Source: Thecamonas trahens ATCC 50062 (Eukaryota; Protista; Apusomonadida). Taken from it: a stretch of DNA of 64,000 nucleotides. Of the stretch, positions 55,848-64,000 are shown piece by piece. The DNA lies in assembly GCF_000142905.1 (NCBI RefSeq), contig NW_013657660.1, forward strand, positions 272,056 through 336,055, given 5' to 3'. The notes under the pieces were generated by a model. The model was given only the letters and a program-made list of their open reading frames with translations. It searched no databases and was not told the DNA's origin. How positions within the stretch are numbered: the first letter of the stretch is position 1; each line of letters begins with the position of its first letter. Position numbers and translations under genes: made by a program.

Positions 55848-56732
55848 TTACTCAATCTCCATCTTCTGCACATCCTTGCCCTTGCCCTTGGACTGGGCCT
55901 TTCCCTTTCCCTTTCCCTTGGCAGCCTTTGCTGTCGTCGCCTTTGCCTTGGCCGCCGCCGACGACGACGCCGACGCCGACGACGCCGCGCCCTCAGTGGG
56001 CACAACATGCTCGCCGTGGCGTGAGGCATCAAAGACCTCGACGCCGACCGAGGTGCGGTACATTGAGCGGGACTCGGCATGGGCGAGGACGTCCGACGCC
56101 GCAGAGGAGATCGCGAGCTTGGCTCCTCCGGGGCTGAGGCCAAACAGGACGCCGAGGTTGGTGACATCGTATGGCGAGCGAAGTGCGAGCGCTTCGCGGG
56201 CACCCGACGTCAGTAGAATGTTCTTGCCGCGGGTGTACCGGACGAGCGAGAGGGCGTTCGACATGAGGTTGCGGACGGCGACCGGCGAGCCCGTGAGCAG
56301 CGGCGAGAACGAGAGCTCAAAGTGGATGCCGCGCGAGATGGCCTGTCCCACCGTGGGGAACTTGAGAAAGAACGCAAGGCGCTCAGCACCGTCGATCGAG
56401 ATGATGTCGGTCTCAAGCGAGGCGCACGCTTGCTGGAACAGCTTCTCCGTCTTGGGCACCACCGCTACCAGGCCGTACGACGCCAGCACCGGCGACGTCG
56501 GCGTGATCGGATAGGCATCGCTCAGCTTCTCCAGGACCACCGTCAGCCGCGAGACTTGCACAAACCGTGCCACATCCCTCGCCAGTACCACATCGTTCCT
56601 CCCACCACGGACTACCCGAGCACATCCGGTTCCTGTCGGCAGATTGGCCGCGTACTCCTCATGGTCGCAAGCATGACTCTGCACCAGCCCCGTCCGCACC
56701 TCGGTATTCCACGCCATCCCATCGTATCCCAC
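55848..56732 (-). CDS. RPP30: RNase P/MRP subunit p30 (PHP fold); 5' end uncertain
   Basis: GYDGMAWN, SRLTVVL, YGLVAVVPKTEKLFQQAC, DIISID, RGIHFELSFS, GKNILLTSGA..LRSPYDVTNL. Confidence 0.9.
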   Translation of the reverse strand: MGYDGMAWNTEVRTGLVQSHACDHEEYAANLPTGTGCARVVRGGRNDVVLARDVARFVQVSRLTVVLEKLSDAYPITPTSPVLASYGLVAVVPKTEKLFQQACASLETDIISIDGAERLAFFLKFPTVGQAISRGIHFELSFSPLLTGSPVAVRNLMSNALSLVRYTRGKNILLTSGAREALALRSPYDVTNLGVLFGLSPGGAKLAISSAASDVLAHAESRSMYRTSVGVEVFDASRHGEHVVPTEGAASSASASSSAAAKAKATTAKAAKGKGKGKAQSKGKGKDVQKMEIE

Positions 56733-56926
56733 TACCAGCCCATCAAGCCATCCGCGCCCTCTGTGAGTGTGGTTGCATGCATGAGCCTGGACATGGGCTT
56801 ACCCCCCTCCCCCTCCCCCCTCCCCCCTCCCCCCCTCCCCCCTCCCCCTCCCCCCCTCCCCCGCCCGCCCTCCCCACCCACACCTCGCTCACCCACCCAC
56901 CCACCCCACCCCCCACCTCCCTTCGC

Positions 56927-59550
56927 ATGTCCACACCATTTTCTCCTCGCAGGGTGGTGGTGGCAATACTGGTGACCTTGGTGACGGCGGCATCGTTGTC
57001 GCTTTGGGCTACGGCTCCCGACTCGGATCCTGCGGTGACCACACCACCACGCTCAGCACCGCCACCGCCGCCTCTCGATCAGCCGCTACCGCTGACGAGT
57101 TGGCGTGGTATGAGACAGCCGGATGACGTGCCGCTGTCATCTACGCTGAGAGTGCCGCCTGTATCGCCACTGGGTCTTGGCCTCGGCGTGGATGATCAAT
57201 CACACCTTGCCCTGCGATGTCTGGCCGAGTCGATTGCTGTTGTCCTTGACCCTAGCGCGAGCTGCGGCTGTGCATCGCCGTTCCTCACGTCGGCTGCCGG
57301 CCGTATTGCGGCTCGTGTCCTGACACCACCAATGCCGTGGTCGCCGTTGGCGAGTCGCAACCGAACCGCGCCGCAGGTGACAAGCATCCATCTCTCGCTC
57401 TCGGTCAACGCGTCGTGCGGCTGTGAGCCGCCGATCGCGCTGGAACCCCCGAGCGGTTTGAGCTCTCTGCGCCGCGTGGCCCGCGCGACGGACCGATTGT
57501 CATTCGCGGCGACTCGGTCCTCGGCCTCCTCCGTGGGCTAAACGCGCTCGCGCTGAGCACTGCATGGGTGCCCGAGGTCGGGCGCCATTGCCTGGCGCTG
57601 CCGCAACTCCCGTTTGCACACGCCCCTCGTGCGCGATGGCGCGGCTTTATGCTCGACACGGCGCGGCACTTTGCCAATCTGCGCCAAGTCGAAAAGCTGC
57701 TCGATGCAATGGAGGTTGCCCACCTCAACGTCTTCTCGTGGCACATCACCGATGCCCCGTCGTGGCCACTCGAGCTGGCGTCATGGCCAGAGCTCTCACG
57801 AGCCGGAGCCTTTGCGCCGTCGGCCACCTACTCGCGCGAGGCTGTTGAGCATGTCATTGCCTATGCGCACGCCCGCGGCATTCGTGTGGTCCCATCCATT
57901 GATATGCCGGCGCACGTTGCTGCCATCGGTAAGGCCTTCCCAGAAGCCATTGTCCGTCCGTTCAAGTGGGAAAAGATCGACGAGTTTGGCCTCAACCTTA
58001 CGTCACCGCTGGTGACGGCGCTGGTGACCGACGTCATCGACGAGGTTGCGAGCCTCTTTCCCGACACCTTTCTCCATCTAGGTGGCGACGAGGTCAAGCG
58101 GTCGGTGATGAGCCATGCCGAGTGGACGGCATTTGAAGACTCTGTGGTGGCGCGGGCGGTCGCTGCCGGCAAGCGGCCGATGTTGTGGCAGGATGCGTTG
58201 GACACCGGGGCGCTCTCGCGCGGAGCAATAGCCAACGCGTCGGCTGCTGGCGCCCGCGCAGTGGTCCAGTCGTGGAAGGCTTGGGCTCACCTCGGCAACG
58301 CCGCTGTCCGCAAGGCGCTCGCGGCGCAAGTTGATATTCTTGTCTCGCATGGCTGGTACCTCGACTTTGTCGAGACGACTATCGACGCCTACCGCAAGTC
58401 TGACGTGCTCGGCGAGGCATTCGAGCTAGCGCAGACCGCAGGCACGCTCACTGACGCGGTGCTCGGCGGCGAGATGGCGCTATGGACCGAGCGAGTCGAT
58501 GCCACTAACTTTGTCTGCCGCGCCTGGCCGCGCGGCTTAGCCATTGCAGACCTGCTCTGGCGCGAGCCGGCAGGCAACGCCACTGTGGCGATGATGGCGG
58601 CGGCAGGAGGGCTGGTCGCGACTGGCCTACCTGATGCTGCGTGGGAGTCGCGGCGGGCGACCGGGACGCCCGGCCACCAATGCGGACGCATTCCAGTTGA
58701 TCTGCAGCGGCGGCCGGGCCTGCCACATCCCGACGCATGGACTGTGGCTCAGCTCAACATCGATGCCGGCGGCGGCGATGAGTTGCAGCACCTCGAGACC
58801 TGGGTCCGCAACCACGAGCTCGACGTACTCGGCCTCTGCGAGCTCAACCAATGGGAGGCGAGTATGGGGACCAGAGCCGCCGAGATGGGCTTTCCGTTTT
58901 ACCATATCATGCCCATTCCGTCGGGCTACCACCTCGGCATCATGGCAACGCGACCAATCAGTGTTGTCGCCGAGCTCCGGCAGCCCGGGAAGCCGTTTCA
59001 ACGCGGCGCACTCCACGTCCGCATCGAAGGTATCCACTATGTCGTCGTCCACCTCCACGCTCATGACGCAGGCGCGCGGCTTGCCGAAGTCGAGGCCCTA
59101 ACTACCCACCTCGCCGCCACACTTGCAGACACCGCGCCGCTGGTGGTCATGGGCGACTTCAACACACTCTCGCCCGACGATGACGACGGGTGCGAGTACA
59201 GCAGCAGTCTGGTGAGCACCATCCTGAGCCACAACTGGACCCGTCTCCGTCTCAAGTACCTCAATCCGGATCACACGGTGGCGTACGCACCGTACAACAA
59301 GCTTGCTCAGTTTGGTCTCCGCGACCTTGTTGTCCACCACTCGGCGTGCGAGTACACCGAGCCGACCGCATTTGGCATCGACCAGATCCCGCCAGCCGAC
59401 ACCACGCTTGCGCCACAAATGCGGGTTGACTACGTCGTTGCCCGCGGCCTCGACTCGTCGGCAGCATGCACCATTGTGCGGACAAACGTGACCAACGCGC
59501 TTTCGGACCACTTTCCCACCGTCTGCTCGCTGCCGCGCAGCATAAAATGA
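56927..59550 (+). CDS. Type II membrane GH20 beta-hexosaminidase fused to an EEP (endonuclease/exonuclease/phosphatase) domain; -1 frameshift near 57443
   Basis: WRGFMLDTARHF, NVFSWHITD, IDMPAH, catalytic HLGGDE, WYLD, GGEMALWTE; EEP: VAQLNID, LGLCELN, VMGDFNT, RVDYV, LSDHFP. Confidence 0.85.
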
Positions 59551-59552
59551 CT

Positions 59553-60320
59553 CTACCTCGACTCGGCCGCAACCTCGGCCTCAATCTCGGCAAGCGCGAT
59601 GCGGACTGGCGTGCTCGAGGCCTTCTGTGGGTTGCTGCCGCGTCTGCGGCTTGAACCGTCGACACCACGCGGCTGGACGTCGATCACCCGCGACGGCGCA
59701 AAGATCTGCATCCACTGCAGGGTGACGCGATCGAGGCCTGTGGGTGTGTACATAAGCATCCAAGCGCCGATGCCGAGCGCAGCAAGCGCAAGTCGCAGCC
59801 AGGCGGCGATCGAGTCCGCAATGAACCACCAGTCGCAGGCCAGGTCCTGGAACCAGACCTCGCCCGAGTCCACGACCATGGCCGGGCGGCCATAGGCGCA
59901 GTCGGCGTCAAGCACAACAGCATCGGCCCCGCCAGGCCCACCATCGCGCAGCAGTACACGATCGTCCTGCGCGTCGAGTCGGATCCGGCCCATGGCCATG
60001 GTGAGGCCCTTGCGCGCCGTGTACGACCACTCGAGATGAAGACCGCGGACGAGATCAGCACCGCCACTTCCGCCTCTCGCCTGCGGCCCCGTCTCATGGC
60101 CCCCATCCACACCATCGCCGCTGTCCCGAGTGCCCTTGCTTGCCGAGCAGCACTTTACGTCATCCACGCCCGGCAGCGCATCCAGAGTCGGAACCACATG
60201 GGTCTGGGCGTAGACCACCAGGTGTGAGACCGAGGCGTAGGCCGGCGGCTTCAGGCCGACCACCCCAGCGGCAGACAGTGCCGCCCCCAGACGGCTTCCC
60301 TTCACCTGTGACGCGGCCAT
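59553..60320 (-). CDS. TPGS2: Tubulin polyglutamylase complex subunit 2
   Basis: GLHLEW, MGRIRL, VWFQDLACDWWFIADS..LRL..LGI..W..TPTGL..TLQWM. Confidence 0.75.
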   Translation of the reverse strand: MAASQVKGSRLGAALSAAGVVGLKPPAYASVSHLVVYAQTHVVPTLDALPGVDDVKCCSASKGTRDSGDGVDGGHETGPQARGGSGGADLVRGLHLEWSYTARKGLTMAMGRIRLDAQDDRVLLRDGGPGGADAVVLDADCAYGRPAMVVDSGEVWFQDLACDWWFIADSIAAWLRLALAALGIGAWMLMYTPTGLDRVTLQWMQIFAPSRVIDVQPRGVDGSSRRRGSNPQKASSTPVRIALAEIEAEVAAESR

Positions 60321-60568
60321 TTCCCCCTACGATGAGAGAGAGAGAGAGAGAGTAGGGGATGAGTGTGTGTTGGGGGGGGGGGGCAGTGAGCGGCGTGGTG
60401 ACCGAGTCGAGTCGGCAATCGTCGGGGTGTCAGTCAGGCTGCCCCTGCCTGCATGGCACTCCTGCCTGCCGGCTGCATTGCGCACAGCCATCCTGCTTAG
60501 CCTGCTTAGCCTAGCCAGGTATGATCACCTGACCCAAGTGCGTGATACGCATTCCATCATCCCCCCCC

Positions 60569-60668
60569 NNNNNNNNNNNNNNNNNNNNNNNNNNNNNNNN
60601 NNNNNNNNNNNNNNNNNNNNNNNNNNNNNNNNNNNNNNNNNNNNNNNNNNNNNNNNNNNNNNNNNNNN
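60569..60668. other. Assembly gap (N run)
   Basis: Run of n flanked by poly-C. Confidence 1.
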
Positions 60669-60949
60669 TCCACCCCCCCCCCCCCCTTCCATCAATATCC
60701 ATCCCGATGATTCCCCGATCCAAACACCCTGCCCCAGCCTCTGCACCCTGCGTCACCCAGTTGGGGACGCAGGGGTGACACGTCGACGAAGGAAGGCAAC
60801 CACAGCCATAACCACTACCACAGCCACAACCACTCCACCCCCCCCCCCCCCCCCACCCCCCCCCCACCCCCCACCCCCACCACCCACCCGCCCACCCTCC
60901 TCTCCTCTCCTCCTCCTCTTTCGCATCCGCTGTGGGCCAGGCGGTCACC

Positions 60950-63125
60950 ATGGCAACCACCGGCGACGCCACCGCTGTTGCTGCTTCAAGTAACGAGACT
61001 CCCGCAACAACAGGTGGGAGAGAGGAGAGACATCGGAGTGCAAGGTCGTCACGGAGTGAGTATGAGTTTCTGGAACGGGAGCTGGATGCGCAGAGAGCTC
61101 GGGCTCGCGCTGCAGAGAGCTTGCTTGCATGCCGCACTGCCGATGAGGAGCGTGTGGTCTCGGCTGGGGCGGAGGAGTTGCTACCGGCTACCACCGAGTC
61201 CGATGGCACAGGATCGATGACAGCAGCGGACATGTCGACGTTGCGCCGCAAGGTGGCGGCGCTCAAGGCCGAGTCGCGCCGGACTGAGCGTGAGCTGCGC
61301 GAGGCCAGGCAGCGGGCCACCATGTGGGCGGCAGTGCGATCAGGCCCGGCGCTGGAGGAGCCCGAGGGCGAGGGCCGCCGAATGCGGGCGCTTTCGACAT
61401 CGGTCATGTTTGCTGACGAGCGAAGCGGGATGGACGATGATGACAACGCCATGGCGCTGGCGGCACTGGTCCAGGGACTCGACGAGGCTCATGCCGCCGG
61501 CGTGCGCGACGACGAAAGTGACGGCCTCGAGTCTGCATCCGGGCCCGAGTCCGAGCCTGACGGTGTGGCTCTGCCGATGATGCCGTCGCGGCTGAAGCTC
61601 TCGGAGAAGCTGCCAATGGGCCAGCGGCTGAGCCGAGCCGAGCCGGAGTTTCGCGAGATGTTTGCGGCATGCGTTGCACCGTGGGGCGACGACCGCAACG
61701 CCGTCCTCACCACGGTCTACGGGTCGCGTGGCACTGTGCTGCGGGCCTCGGACAGCGCGGCAGCGTCGGCAACATCAGCCGAGCCGCGCGCGGTCTCGTC
61801 GCTGAAGCGAGTCTTCTTCCGCCGGCCGAACCGGACCTCGCCCTCGGTGCGGCTGACCAAGTACGCTGACAAGCTCAAGGCTTTTCTGGCCAAGCGGGCT
61901 GCGCTGGTGGTCGACTGTAATGAGCGCGAGCATGAAGCTCGCAAGCACCTCAACCGCGAGGTCAGCCGCTGGCGCGATGCGGCCAAGGCCCGCATGGTCC
62001 GGCGTGCGCGCCACGTCTTCCTTCAGCCCATCCACGTCCTTCGCCTCCTCCGCGAGCTGTATCAGTTCCAGCGGCGGCTTGGCATTGCGCATCTCGGCGT
62101 CATCCACAAGGTGTTGGCCCGGTCCGACGCGTCCATGGCCGCCCTCTCGATCGACGAGGCCGAGACACTCGCCATCCCCATTCCAGACCTGTGCGGCGCC
62201 CACAACTACCATGTAATCCGCATGCGCGCCTTTATTGAGCGGCAAGAGATCCAGGTGAAGGATCTTGTCCGCGCCTACGCCACCGAAGTCAAGCACGTGG
62301 TCATGTACACCCGTGCCGACCGCCTCGAGCTCATCCACGGCATCCTCGCCGAGTCGCCAGGCGCCTCGCAACTTGACGGCTACTTTCCCGAAGACGAGCT
62401 CCAGCAGTCGCTCTTCAACTCGCTCATCCTCGACGTCGCTGCGCCCGAAGGCGCCGCCATCCGCAAGTTTGTCAACAAAACCGACGCCGCCGGCGCTTCT
62501 CTCGACCCACAAGCTGTCGTCGGCTTTGTCGACGCCCTCGCCAACGACCTCGCCGTCATGTACCGCGTCGCTGACGCTGACGCCGCCCGCTTGCACATGC
62601 TTGTTGCACGCGCCGTCATCCCGCGCGTCATCGCCCCATCTGTGCCTACCTCGAGGCGCAGACCAGCGATCGCGACGCCGTCTTTACCTCGCAGGCCGCA
62701 TGGCTTCGCAAGCTTCCCCCCAGGACTTTGGTGTCTCGGAGCTGTTTGTCGCCGGCGCTGCTGCCGCCTGCTTGCCGCTCTGCGCAGACGCCATCGCACT
62801 CGCCGAGGATCTCCCGTTCCACATCGTACCGTCAGACGTCGCCGCCAACCTTGTCGCCTTTGCTCGCGCCATCTACGATCAGCCAACCTTGGATCCGGAC
62901 TCGTCCGCCACTCTTGGCGCCGACGACACCTTTCCCGTTGTTGTCTATGCCCTCGTCCACTCGGACCTCGCCACACCCTGGGCCGTCCTCGACTTTCTCA
63001 ACGCCTTTTGCTCTCGCCCACTCTTCCCCTCGGAAGCCCAGTACTGCGCCGTCACCGTCGAGGCCGCCCTCACCCACATCAATCAGGTCTCGCCGGCCGA
63101 CATCGACAAGCACCGCACCCCGTAG
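60950..63125 (+). CDS. VPS9-domain Rab5-family GEF; two -1 frameshifts near 62636 and 62719
   Basis: LGADDTFPVVVYALVHSDL, EAQYCAVTVEAALTHI; restoring two C's gives a continuous ..IAPICAYLEAQTSDRDAVFTSQAAWLRKLPPQDFGV.. Confidence 0.8.
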
Positions 63126-63160
63126 CCACGCGGTGTTTCTGTGGTAGCAGCTCAGGCCGC

Positions 63161-63219
63161 CGTCGGCGATGCTCCGTTGGCGATGCTCCGTCGGCGATGC
63201 TCCGTCGGCGATGCTCCGT
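63161..63219. repeat. 14-bp tandem repeat (CGTCGGCGATGCTC) x4
   Basis: Read directly, in the 3' region of the VPS9 gene. Confidence 0.85.
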
Positions 63220-63696
63220 CTGAGGGCAAACAACAACGATGACATCAGTCCGCTTCTGCAGAGAGAAAAATATATGTGTGTGTCCCGTCCCGTCCGTCCA
63301 CATTGTTGCGGTGGTGCGGCCCGAAAGCAGCGTTTTTTTTGCCCCCCGTCCCCCCTCCCCTCTCCCCCCTTCCCCCCACCCCCCACCACCCCACCTGGCT
63401 ACCTTTCCACACCGACATCCACACTCATCGCCTCCTGCGCATGGAGTCGACACGGTCACTGGACCGCCTCCCTGTGGGCAATGGAGTTGTGCCTGGGCGG
63501 CGTGTGCGCAGTCCGCTCAAGAACAAAGGTGCCCGGTCACTCTTTCCCTTCCCCTCCCTCCCCCCCTCTCCGGCTGGCCGCCGGCACGTGCCGACCGGCC
63601 AAGGCGGTGCCCAAAGTGGTGGTCTCGGCCGGGCTCGAGGGCAGGGGAAGGGGCAGCGGCAGGGGCAAGTACACCGCCAGGGACACCATACTCGAC

Positions 63697-64000
63697 ATGG
63701 TCATGCTCAGTCTGCTCGTGGTGGCCTGCGTCGTCCTCCTCGCATGGCCCCGCGGAGCCGGGAACCCCCGCGTTCGCACGGCCACCACGGCGGCCAGCCG
63801 ACGACGGCCAATCGTCCGCTGCCGCCGCCGGCAACGTCGACCGCTCTGGCCACCGCTTCGAACCAGCCAGGCCTTCGTCGCCGCCCGAGTGCAAGCCGCC
63901 CGCCGCAGCCGCAGCCGCCGCAGCCGCAGTCGGTCCACCAGGTCGAACCGCCCACGCTCGAGAACGATTTGCACGCTTGGACGCCCGCAATGATCTCGCT
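63697..64000 (+). CDS. Possible 5' end of a type II membrane protein, truncated by the window edge
   Basis: MVMLSLLVVACVVLLAWP signal anchor followed by a Pro-rich stem in a shifted frame. Confidence 0.35.

Noticed and set aside
58738-59540. EEP domain as a LINE retrotransposon endonuclease
   Set aside because: No reverse transcriptase, poly-A tail or target-site duplication; fused to a secretory GH20 enzyme
63161-63219. 14-bp repeats as a CRISPR array
   Set aside because: Contiguous tandem units without spacers; eukaryotic context; no cas genes

Overview
Very gene-dense, GC-rich eukaryotic nuclear DNA with about 38 protein-coding genes, short spliceosomal introns and three N-gaps. Axonemal dynein IC (WDR63/DNAI3) and TPGS2 indicate a flagellated protist; the style resembles an apusomonad such as Thecamonas, but that is an unverified impression. 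Most genes are housekeeping: TIM9, ADP1-like ABCG, PI4K2, RUS1, CDK11-like, CKS1, RhoGAP, mL43, RAC1, CCDC93, MAP2K, SLC35F5-like, UBE2E, BSDC1, coactosin, UBTD, WKF, AHA1-N, RPP30, TPGS2 and a VPS9 GEF. The standout is an intronless 1335-aa BLUF-cyclase-BLUF-cyclase protein (12563-16570), a Euglena-type photoactivated adenylyl cyclase. Its two cyclase halves are degenerate in complementary ways and its first BLUF has Gln replaced by His. Other unusual fusions are FAM72 + TRAF7-like RING/Zn finger, GH20 hexosaminidase + EEP phosphoesterase, Cys-less UBC + TPR, and BAH + DUF4211. Genome-level oddities are a near-invariant ACTCAC branch site with GTACGY donors, a RAC1 start codon split by an intron, convergent genes with 1-6 nt spacers or overlapping stops, and about 10 apparent single-base (-1) frameshifts, mostly at G/C runs and probably sequencing artefacts. 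All family assignments come from motif recognition by eye; no searches were run.
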